A stretch of 64,000 bases of DNA from Nitrospirales bacterium (GTDB lineage: Bacteria > Nitrospirota > Nitrospiria > Nitrospirales > UBA8639), in assembly GCA_965203295.1 (NCBI GenBank), contig CBDBCZ010000010.1, positions 160,001 through 224,000 of the forward strand, read 5' to 3'. A program made the translations under genes and the position numbers. This document shows, in pieces, positions 27,085 to 37,664 of this stretch. The notes under the pieces are model-generated. The model saw only the letters and a list, made by a program, of their open reading frames with translations. It made no database searches and had not been told where the DNA came from. Position 1 is the stretch's first letter. Each line of letters opens with the position of its first letter.

Positions 27085-27580
27085 ACCACCACATTTACTG
27101 CACCATAGATGTCTGCTGCATTTTGGCAGGCTGGAAATGTGACGTACTGCCACATTTACTGCATCATAGGAAAGTTGAAATGTCAGGTGCATTTTGGCAG
27201 GCTGGAAATGTGACATGTACTGCTACATTTACTGTACCATAGGAAAGTTGAAATGTCAGCTGCATTTTGGCAGGCTCGAAATGTGACATGTAGAGTCTAC
27301 TGCCACATTTACTGCATCGTAGGAAAGTTGAAATGTCAGGTGCATTTTGGTAGGCTGGAAATGTGGCATGTACTGCCTCATTTACTGTACCATAGGAAAG
27401 TTGAAATGTTAGCTGCATTATGGCAGGATGGAAATGTGAAATCCACCATCACCTATACTGTACCATAGGAAAGTAGAGATGTCAGCTGCATTTTGGCCGG
27501 CTGGAAATATGACATACACTACCACCTATACTGTACCATTAGAAAGTAGAAAAGTCAGCTGCATTTCGCAGGCAGGAAAT
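27085..27580 (+). repeat. CACTA subterminal tandem repeats (~73 bp)
   Basis: CACATTTACTGCATCATAGGAAAGTTGAAATGTCAGGTGCATTTTGGCAGGCTGGAAATGTG repeated about 6-7 times. Confidence 0.9.
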
Positions 27581-27982
27581 AATGGCATGCTATCATGCAC
27601 CTCCACATACATGTTGTTTTAATTACAAGTACATGTATGCAGCTGTAGACGTGTAAGCTCATCCCACATACCGGTATAGTACATGTAGCCGCGAGACTAC
27701 CGGTATAGATGGCTGCATGGGTTCTACGTATACATGGTCGATCATGATCAGGAGCAGAAGAGGTATATAGCCCTGTACAATCATGCATACACCTGCAGGC
27801 CTTCCATCCGCAAAAAAAAACTAAGCTATATTGCAGCTGTGAGGGAAGGCCTGCAAGGGTACGAGGGTATACCCTTTACTTAGTTACCTAAAAACTGAAA
27901 ACAGTAAAATTGTGACATTACTTGATGGCAGATAATAACAATGTATGAATGACAAAAACGTTATATCACTGCATCAAATTGA

Positions 27983-30900
27983 CTATATGGCAGGAATATG
28001 GTGTACTGGACATATCAGACATACGGTTTGCTCCTCATACTTTATATCACAATGAACTACATGACTAAACAGCAACTGCACCGGAATAAACATTCCTAAA
28101 TTACTGTCATACAACTCCTTCCACCACACTTGTAATGGCTTTCCAAAGTTCTCTTTAGCATGGTGTTCTTTAAGCCATGATACAGCAGCAAAAACATGCT
28201 GACGTGTACTACCATTATAGTGGAATGCATGAAGTACTAAGTAACGAAGAATCACTGGACGTAGTTTCGTATCAGCCGAAGCATTACCAGACAAAGCCTG
28301 CTGGGGAAGGTCGGATGCAAAAATGATAGAATTAGACCGGAAACTCCTTCCTCTGTACACAACTGAAGAATACTTTCTGACAGTCGTGTTAAGATCAATG
28401 TCTTTCGATTCGATGGCAGGGTAGAGTGAAGAGTAAATGTGCTTTAAGTTTGACAATTCCGTGCTGCAGAGACTACAGCGAACGTACGACTTGGGAAAGG
28501 TAATGCCTGCCCCTTCAGTTACGCTCCAGTCCTCAACTTCATAAGGATGAATTCGGTCAACAAAACTGCCATGCATAGTAACCTGCAATGATCCTCGAAG
28601 AGTTGGCTCTAGATGCAATTTGAATAATTCACCAAAGTCTGATTCAAATTCTTGTGGCAAAAACTGTGAGGTTGTGAATAATCGAAATTCTTGCAAGAAT
28701 CTGTGCATCAATTGTATCTCCAATGAGCGCTGGCTTGACGGGAAATGTTCAAAAATTCCATTATATCTCTCATATGAAAACAGCCAAAAATTGTGAATTG
28801 GTCCGTAATCATACAATGATTCCTTCAAATGGCAGTGAAGATGGATATTTGGGGTGATTACTTTCTTCCCATATAGCCTCTCAACGCGACAGCAAAATTG
28901 CAGTAGAAGAGCATCAGCTAGCTCTATTTGTTCATTAGTAATCTTCACTTGGCAAAGTATTCTTGAAGCTAGTACAAATAGACCCCAGCATCGTAAATGT
29001 TCAGCTGGAAGAATGTCACGTAGAGCCATGCTTGAAAAAAGGTTTGTCCAATTTTTATACTGGTCTGCAGTAAATCCAGAGAAAGATGATGCTATTTTAA
29101 CTCTTTGAGCGCGGTACTTGATTATTCATAACTTCCGCGTCACGCGGAAGCCAATTTAATTTTTGTCTACGGTGCATGTGCTTGTAGTTTTGTAGAGCTG
29201 TAGGCTATTTTCAGTGCTGAGCGGCAACACTGGAAGCCAGGAAGTGTAAAACTATCGTTGTTTAGTGCGTAGCTGGCGTACTAAAGTCCCTACTAATGCA
29301 GAAGAGCGAATACAAACGGCAGCACTAAAGCTAACCTTGGTAGTCGCCATTTTCGTGTGTCTGCCCCCTCAACTACAGTGGTGAGTCGCTTCTGTTTCTT
29401 CGTGCCGGTTCTGTTACTAAGTGCTAGATCTGTACCAAAGGCCTAGCGCTCTGACTGTAGCCATACTCGGTGTTTTTGGCTTCAAAAGACTTGTAGACGC
29501 TACCCGCGCCTTTGCCGCGTACTAACTGTGCTACACAACTAAGCGTCAAGTGAACGCTTTGAACGACTTGTGGCGGGGGTGGAGCTTTAGATCGATTGCT
29601 AAAGACTGTAGGGTTATCCCCCTAAAGTGTCACGCGTGCCATAAAATTGGAAGGGTCTGACCCGCAGCACTTATTATGGTGAGCGTATATATACGCTCGC
29701 CGCGATACGCGGAAGTTATTTTCGAGTGTATATATACGCTCGCCGCGTTCAAAGGGTTAAGTGGAATTCTGCCAACATAAGGTGGTGCTTGTATAGCATC
29801 AACCCGACTCTGGATAAGGTTCATATCGGTACTGCTGATAAAGGATTCTGCAACCCACACATCCTTAAGAAGGCGCTTAGCCGTTCCTAGATAAAGGTTA
29901 TGCATGGGGTCAATTATGGCCATTCTGACGGGATCAAAATATGGGAGTTTAAGTAAAACTGAGTATCGACAGCCATACTTTGATTCCAGCTCATCACGTC
30001 TGGTCTTGGCAATGCACTGTGTAATATTGTTTACATTGTCTCTATGTTGTTGCAGATTTCGCCTTGGCCATTGTGTCCTGTCAAATCCAGAATAGTCTTT
30101 TTGGCCGACCGTCCCTGGAAATTCTTTTAGGCACTTTGAACATCCAAGATTAGCAGAATGGCCTAAGAAACCACATACTTTTCTGGATGCCGGTATGTCA
30201 CACGCAACACAAAGCAAGGCACACCGAATAAGCACACTCTCAGAAAAAGAGAAAACACGCATCTTAACACCTTTCCAGAAATTCAGCAGTTCTTCAACAA
30301 GTGGGGTGAGAAAAGCATTTATATCATGTTTTGGTTCCTTTGGACCGGGTATTAGGCCAACCAAAATGACATTCTCTTGCTTAAATCGTACCTTGCGAGG
30401 TAAGTTCATTACTGTCAAGTAAATTGCTCCTATAGAATACTCAGTATGTTTGCAGGGTTGAAACCAGTCAATGTTCATCATGATACCGTAAGTAAAGGGA
30501 TCTGAAAGAAACGGTTTTCCATCATACCTTTGAAAATCCTGCCAAATTTTTCCATCATACACATCCTCATAAAGACTACTTTCCCTACATTCTGCTTTCC
30601 ACAAATCACACTGCTCATGAAACCCAGGTCTATCCAGTAGTATCTGAAAGGAGTTGTATAACGACATATAACAGTACACTTTCATCAGGTAGTAAACTAG
30701 TTTATTTCCCTGTAGTTCAACAGACCTCAGGAGAGGTCCGCCACAAGGGCGTGCAAACCTCGAATTCCGATGGGAACACAACTTGGGTACAACTCTTGTA
30801 CCAATAGTTTCAGTACAATCACTATACTTGTATACACTATAGCACTTTTGACAAGTCACATCTCACAAAGGCTTCTCCACTGCCACCCAAAAGTTTCTGC

Positions 30901-32574
30901 AATTGGTACAATGTAAATGGAAAGTGCTGAGATATTCCTGCCAGTTGGGGGGACATTCGGGCAAGGATGGCAAAGAATACAGACAAAAAACGAAGCAGGA
31001 GGGCCAAAGCTACGTTGGGCAAACAATGTTTCTTGTGAAGCAGAGCAAGAAAATGAACAAGCCATAGTACTAAGGAACGAGACGAGTCTACATCAAGAAA
31101 AGTTTCATCTGGTTTGCCCATGTGGTCTTCAATATCTTCCTCAACACCTTCCTCCTCCCACACTTCAACGTCACTGGGTGCTATAACATACAAGTTTGAG
31201 AGAAAACAACATTAAAAAGTATCACGTAGGGATGGATTCTGAAAACAGTAACCAAACAATTTGCAAATCACAGCACATTATGTTCATGGAGTATCGTCCC
31301 TACATGTTTTCAACCACACACACCACAATCCCCTACCATTTATTAACCACAGCGAAACACGGTTGGAGTTGAATGAGCGTGAGAGGCAAACCTCTCACTG
31401 CTTCTCATACCAAGCATACATGAGGCGATAGCAATAAAGGTGAGGTGCTTCTAACCCTTCACAAACAAGAAAACTGCAACCCATTTTTACACTGCAGAGC
31501 AAGCACCCATCACACACAAAGAACCCACCGCCTCTTCAGCATCAACTTCCTGAAGGGGTATGTATGTGTACGTAGTATCCGCCCACTTGAACGCATTGCA
31601 AATGCAAGATGCAAAGTGAGGATACGAGGTACATGTAAGTACATGTATGGCCTACTTTAGACAAGCATGTAACATCGAATGGTTCCCCGCCCATGGGCAC
31701 TTCCTATGTATTCTACAATCAGGGTTCTGCCCACACTGGTCGGGCCTAACCACCACTCAGCTTTTTCTACCACCACTCAGCTAAAGTTTAACTCTATTTA
31801 CAGTACTATTAATATGGGAGAAAGTCAGTTTAGCCAACAGAAGTGTCTTGGAGATTGAAGTTTGACCACCACTCAACGTCTCCTAGGCAGAACCCTGTAC
31901 AATGTACTCTCCATTGTAGCTTGCTCATACTTCAATTCCAACCGTGAAAGCATAATTACGCATAAGTATACAAATATAAATCTCTTACTTGTAATGGTTT
32001 CCATTTCTGTAGTAGGTCTGGTTGAAACAAAATCATGGTTTCCTGTTGAAACAGAACGAATAGAGCCATTCATGAACAACACTGCATGAGCGTTCAATTG
32101 AACATAACACAACGCACCAAATTCCAAATCTTCAAAGGGCTCCACTTCACCATCATCCAAGTTTACAATAGGGGGAGCGTCTATGCCATGAGTCTGAGGA
32201 GGGCAGCCCGATGAAGTTGCATCTCCATCTTCATTGAAATCCAAATCATCAACAGGAAAATCACCTGTACCACAAACAAACTTCGTTTTATTAATGGGAA
32301 ACTTCTGGAGCATGCACCAGCTAAGGGGTAGGATGCTATAAAGTAGGAAAGGGCTAAGGGAAACCGCAGACAGCAGCAGTACGTTCTTGTGGAGCGTTAA
32401 TTAGAAAAAGTATCGTACGAAGACTCAGAGAAGAGACTCACAGCCGTCCAACTCTCTTCTCTTTATCCACTGGTCGGAACTGCAGTCGTAATAAATTCGT
32501 CTGTGAGCAAGGAACGTTTTTCTTGATACCCAGAAACTGCAGTGATTGCAGTACTGTTTTTCCTTTCCAGCCAT
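27983..32574 (-). pseudogene. CACTA TnpD-like transposase (multi-exon; frameshift ~30855; MITE insertion)
   Basis: N-terminal YCNHCSFWVSRKTFLAHRR; DVYDGKIW, NIDWFQP, CDIPASRKVCGFLGHSANLGCSKC, IDPMHNLYLG, FTADQYKNW, TPNIHLHCH, FWLFSYERYNG. Confidence 0.9.
29101..29756. mobile_element. piggyBac-like MITE (656 bp) inside the CACTA transposase
   Basis: TTAA at 29097-29100 and 29757-29760; TIR CTCTTTGAGCGCGG / CCGCGTTCAAAGGG; removal restores VGRIPL-KIASSFSGFTADQ. Confidence 0.9.
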
Positions 32575-32719
32575 AATTAGTGGCGCATTAATAAGAGCGG
32601 ATACGCTTAGAATGTGACATCGGAATGAGATTCTGGTCCACACGTGACTCGTACATTTTAGCGCCAAACTTGGCTGAGATTTGCTGTAGCTGTTCCCTTC
32701 GAAACCGAAACGGTCAAGC

Positions 32720-35700
32720 ATGGATATATCGGATGCAAGTGACGTTGATCTCTTCGACAACGAGGAAAGGGCTAGTTCGCCAGAGATACCTGTCCAAACC
32801 TCGAAGTCTTTCTACGGCTCGACTAGTATGCGACGCGGCTCTTCATCCCATTCAGGCGTCCCCGTCACCCCAGCGGCCGAAAGCAGTAAGTCTGGGCAGC
32901 AACCCTTCACTGGGCATGTCGACTGTAATCAGACTCCACATGGAAAAAGCAAACAGCAGAAGCAAGTTCGTAGGGGGACTCCAAGCAGTGGGGTACACTC
33001 TGAGTTCTTGACACGGTCATGCAGCAATGAAACTCCACAGCTGCCTTCTGAGTCCCTCAGTAGGCGTATCCGTAAGCGCGATATATTCCGCTCAAGCTAC
33101 AGCGATGAGTCCAGTGACTCTGAAGAAGACACTGTACTGAGCAAAAGCAGTCAAAAGAAGAAAAGAAGTGCACATGGGGACATCCAGGAAAACCTTAAGG
33201 AGATGAAAGGCATGCTGAAGATGTTCTGCGAGAAAGTGGGAAAAAATGAAAGATGCCTGAAAGAGCTTCAGAATCTTCAGCAGTCCAGGTTAGTGGAATG
33301 GTCTTTCCCATGGCAGCCATAGGACTTCCCTGGGCATGCAGGGCTGTTCATTAATGCTTTTAAGTAAACCACAGATTGGTTACAATGCAAACTTTGCGTG
33401 GGTACAAGTCAAGTACAGTAGTAGGGTGTGTTGGCTGTAAGCTTTATTTGGCTTCATATTAAACTAACCACTTTTTTTTCTGGAGGGCCAGTTGCTTTTC
33501 TGTACTATCCAAAAATGATTTTTTTGTGTTCCTATCCTATTAACTTGGAATACGGTGTACAGGAGTGTGGTGCTAGCCTATTACTATAAGAATTACTCTC
33601 ATTGTATAGGCAAACTCCCTCAAGCTCCTCAGGTTGTGATAGCAGTGCTTCACTCAAGCGCCGAACTATTCCCCTAGTCGTTCGTGTAAGTTTCTCCTCT
33701 TTTGAGTACATACTGTAGAAATGAGTAAGTACAACTCTATTTTCTTGAGCACTGTATTTGAGGCTAAATGGTAAAATTTCGGTATGTTCCTTTCTAACTG
33801 TTTACCTGCTGATTCTCTATATTCACTGCTATACTTAACATGGTAGCGAAAGAGTAACCAGATGCAATGCCACACCAATATCGCGTTGTGAAATTCCTTA
33901 CCCCTTGTGTGTTGCCACTGGCCTGTGCGTTTTTCTCTTTCTGATTATTTTGTTGCTGTGTATTCCCATCCGTAATGCAGCAAGAGGTCCGGAAGGTGTA
34001 CACTACATTAATTGATGAAGATGACGATTTTGATGGCTGGTATTTTGCTCTTGGGTAAGCAGTGATTGGTGCTTTGCATTTCTTTGCTACATGGTTGTTA
34101 GTACAAATTAATATTAAGTTTGCACCTTGAGTACCTAGCCTTTCAACTTAGTTTCAAACTGTGGCTTCTTACTGCTACTGTGAATTGCAGTTCCCTTTGA
34201 ACAGCAGCAGCAGCAGTAATTGGAGGTGTTGTGTTAACAGTTGAAAGGAGATAAGAGGCAGCTAATTTGATTAAATTGCTGCAGCAGTCTGATGGCAGCT
34301 GAAGGTGTTCAAAGTGAACTGAAATCCACAGTATCAAAACAATTGGTGCTCAGTATAAAACTTTGACACATGTTGACCCTTTGTGTAGTTTTGTGTAAGC
34401 ATATTCTCCTGGTATTGGCCCTCATGATTGAAAATTACCAGAATTGCGATGTACAAATCTGAATGCCCTAAAGGTACAACTACAGCTTGTATGTGATGTG
34501 ATGTAGCTGTTATCTCACACATCTTAGTGCATCCATAAAATCAGCTGAAAATCAATCAGTGGTCTCAAGGCTTCTAAAGGAGGTCAAAGGACTAAACCCA
34601 AGCTTTGATGGAGCTGATATTCGAGGTTAGTTGCTCTTTTGCTGCTCTTTTGCTGTCTGTAGTTAGTAATCAATACTGTATTCAATATTCTTTGAACATT
34701 AGCATGAAGTCCTTGCCTTAGAGCTTTGTTTCCTCTTGGAGAATAAAATGGGAAACCTGCAAATATCTGATGTGGTCATTTACAAGGCAGCTTTGAACTA
34801 ATGGTAACCACATTATACCTTCTGATCCATGTAGCGGCTGCATATTGTTTTTACAAAACAAAGTGTGAAGAAGAATCGCTCACACGGAATGGCAAAGCAG
34901 AGTCTATGAAAATCACCAGAAGGCGTAATGAGCGAATCACCAGGGTGAGTTAATCAGTCAATGCTGACAGTACATGTACATTGCACAGTGCATAGGTGAC
35001 TCATGCTTTGTGGTGGTACTGCCGTCAGTCTGATATGTCGGGCTTTGTGGTGGTATTGCCGTCAGTCTGATATGTCGGGCTTTGTGGCGATATTGCCGTC
35101 AGTCTGATATGTCGGGCTTTGTGGTGGTATTGCCGTCAGTCTGATATGTCGGGCTTTGTGGTGGTATTGCCGTCAGTCTGATATGTTGGGCTTTGTGGTG
35201 GTACTGCCATCAGTCTGATATGTCGGGCTTTGTGGTGGTATTGCCGTCAGTCTGATATGTCGGGCTTTGTGGCGGTATTGCCGTCAGTCTGATATGTTGG
35301 GCTTTGTGGTGGTACTGCCGTCAGTCTGATATGCTGGGCTTTGTGGTGGCATTGCCGTCAGTCTGATATGTCCGGGTTTGTAGTGATTTTGCTGTCAGTG
35401 TCAGGGATTGTGGTGGTGCTGCCATCGGTCTGATATGTCAGGCTTTGTGGTGGTACTACTGTCAGTCTAATGACAGTATCAGAATACCACTTGAGGTGAA
35501 AACGTTTAGGCATCTGATTGCGGAGAATTAGCATACCTTCATTGAAGCCGCTAAGTCCCACCATCTGCAGTGACTGGAGCTGATGGTTATCTGATGGGTG
35601 TTACTTTAAGGTTGTAGAAGACTCTTCCATAGAATGGGGTTAATTGCTGTTTGGGAGAGGGGGGGTTAATTTTTAACACATGGGTGACCAGCAACCATGA

Positions 35701-36025
35701 TATTTCCCTGCAGAAGCGGAAGGAGAGAGAGGCCGCCATACTAAAGAACAGTAGATTGACCGAAGACCAGCGGGCTAAGTGGCTCTCAGTCATGACTAAT
35801 GACTATATGTCCTCTGAAGAGAGTGAAGAAGACGATGTTATGACTATCCACCCCATCCCATGGAGGTCCGAGCATGTGAACCAAATGTTCCAGAGGATTG
35901 ATTCCTTCTGCAATAGCAGGAAGTCACCTCAAGCAAGGAGGCAGATGAAGCAGAGGACCACTGGGAGGCCTTCGAACCGCACTCAACCAAGCTCCGCCCC
36001 AGAGTTTGCAGTCCGGGCCTCTTAG
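32720..36025 (+). CDS. CACTA accessory gene, C14orf93/DUF4616-like C-terminus, multi-exon
   Basis: Divergent from the transposase; Ser-rich first exon with coiled-coil; last exon YMSSEESEEDDVMTIHPIPWRSEHVNQMFQRID resembles the MSSEE..PWRS motif of C14orf93-like proteins. Confidence 0.55.
35004..35470 (+). repeat. 37-bp minisatellite (~12 copies) in an intron
   Basis: GGGCTTTGTGGTGGTATTGCCGTCAGTCTGATATGTC head-to-tail with no spacers. Confidence 0.95.
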
Positions 36026-36734
36026 CTCATCTCAAACCAACGGACAAGGTGATTTTTCGGACTGATTAATTTATTTACTTGCTGCTAATTTATTTTACCA
36101 CTTGATCTTAAGCTTATTGAATTGTCATCACGGTGATTATGTTGCAAACTTGTATTTCGTTTTTGTATCATGTTTATTATTAATCATTTCATACGCGTTT
36201 TTGAAGTATTAATACTCATTGACATTTTAGCTGATGGAAATGTGATGTGGAATATCATTCAGGAAATGCATCAGAAATTTGGAACAGGATACATAATATT
36301 ATATGTAAATTTCAGCTGCTGGAAATTTTGTATGCATGGAATGTCAGTGTTAGTAAATGGCTTGGAAATATGGAATGTCAGGAACAGAAAATGTGGTAAG
36401 GCATATGACATTTTGGTGGTCGTGGAATCTGATATTTTAGTGCCCGAAATGTCATTGGTCATGTAGAGGTAATCCTCTAGAAATATGTAATGTCAGCAAC
36501 AGGAAATGTGGGAGGGAATGTGAAATTTTGGTGCATCAGGAAATGTCACATTTTGGAACAGGAAATGTCAGCTTTCGTGTACAGGAAATTGCGCCCTATA
36601 CTATACCACCCTGTATCAGGAAATGTGAAGGAAATTTACAGATTTCAGGTAGTCTGACATACGGCTGGGATTTGGGCTGACAGCCACCTTTCATGCACCA
36701 ATACTGCAGAAGGAAATTCAACTTTTTTCCAGTG

Positions 36735-36940
36735 GTAGATGTCTAGGACAGGGGGGATCCCTTAGACTGGTCCTCTCTGTCCCCTGTGGACCAGGGGACT
36801 GGATGGACATGAGGAATGAGGGTAGATGTCTGGGACAGGGGGTATCCCTTATACTGTTCCTCTCTGTCCCCTGAGGACCAGGGGACTGGACGGACATGAG
36901 GAGTGAGGGTAAATGTCTGGGACAGGGGGGATCCCTTAGA
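36735..36940 (-). repeat. Right subterminal array of the KDZ element, second part
   Basis: Same monomer resumes directly after the CACTA end. Confidence 0.85.
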
Positions 36941-37089
36941 CGGGGCCTTTCAGGTCCCCTTTAGAGACAGGGCAGATATTGGGAGTGAGAACATGGGGGA
37001 GATCCACTGTACTACCTCTCTAGTCCTCTGAGGACTGTAGGATGGAACAGAAGGGACAAGGATATTGATGGCAATTCTGGACAGTACTC

Positions 37090-37228
37090 CACTACGCAGC
37101 TGGATCACCATGGCAGTGCTGCAGGCTGGGCAGCTTGTCTGCGAGGAAAGCAGGTTCTTTTGCTGGAACCATAATATCTGCTCATCTATGTCTGCAAAAA
37201 TAACTGGACCAAGATCCAAGATACTCAT
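37090..37228 (-). pseudogene. Merlin transposase N-terminus (zinc ribbon)
   Basis: MSILDLGPVIFADIDEQILWFQQKNLLSSQTSCPACSTAMVIQLRS joins in frame to DVQDKR at ~7206 once 7215-37097 is removed. Confidence 0.85.
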
Positions 37229-37664
37229 CTTTATAGCGTTTGCTGCGTTCGTTTTACCGTGCTAGCGTATGATTGGTGAACTTTGCATGAGCTACGCCCA
37301 CATGATTGCTGCAAACGTGCAATGCCCACGCATGAGATACACCCAGAGTCATAATGTGCCAGTGCCCGGCGCTAATTGCGCCCATGCAGTCACGTGACCA
37401 CGCCCTCACACGTGCATTACTTGTATGGCTTTCCGCATCCGCTATGGCGTCTGGTCCGTCTGCTATAGTTGATGCCTTTTTTCTATTATCAATGGTGGAA
37501 CTAGTTGCAGGACTAGAATATACTGCTTAGCCCTTGGATAGTCCCGAAGTGAGTTCAGTGGTATGTAGTTCTTGAAGTGTAATTACATGAAAACAACTCA
37601 GCCTACAGCTAACTGCTAGACAAGCCTAGCTCTGACGATGTGCTTTAATTAGGGTCAGGGCACT

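Larger units (their letters stand above)
26967..36734. mobile_element. CACTA/EnSpm (CMC) transposon, ~9.8 kb
   Basis: Termini CACTGCAAAAAAAGTGGCATTTCC / GGAAATTCAACTTTTTTCCAGTG; GGAAATGT-rich subterminal repeats; the host array resumes on both sides; TSD imperfect. Confidence 0.88.
7215..37089 (+). mobile_element. KDZ (Kyakuja/Dileera/Zisupton-like) DNA transposon with DUF3987-like passenger, heavily nested
   Basis: 8-bp TSD CACTACGC (7207-7214, 37090-37097); imperfect TIRs (CAGTCATGTTCAGGTTTGCCATCATATTCCTT vs reverse complement GAGTACTGTCCAGAATTGCCATCAATATCCTT); inverted subterminal arrays; the KDZ transposase is the only internal transposase not bounded by its own ends. Confidence 0.75.
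6001..37475 (-). mobile_element. Merlin (IS1016/ISXO2-like) DNA transposon, ~1.6 kb core, split by a ~30 kb nested insertion
   Basis: ~90-bp TIRs (6001 GGATCAACCATAGTAGACGGACCAGA.. and ..TCTGGTCCGTCTGCTATAGTTGATGC 37475); 8-bp TSD CTTTTTTC at 5993-6000 and 37476-37483. Confidence 0.9.

Noticed and set aside
35004..35470. 37-bp repeat array as a CRISPR array
   Set aside because: Units are head-to-tail with no unique spacers, lie in a spliceosomal intron, and there are no cas genes.
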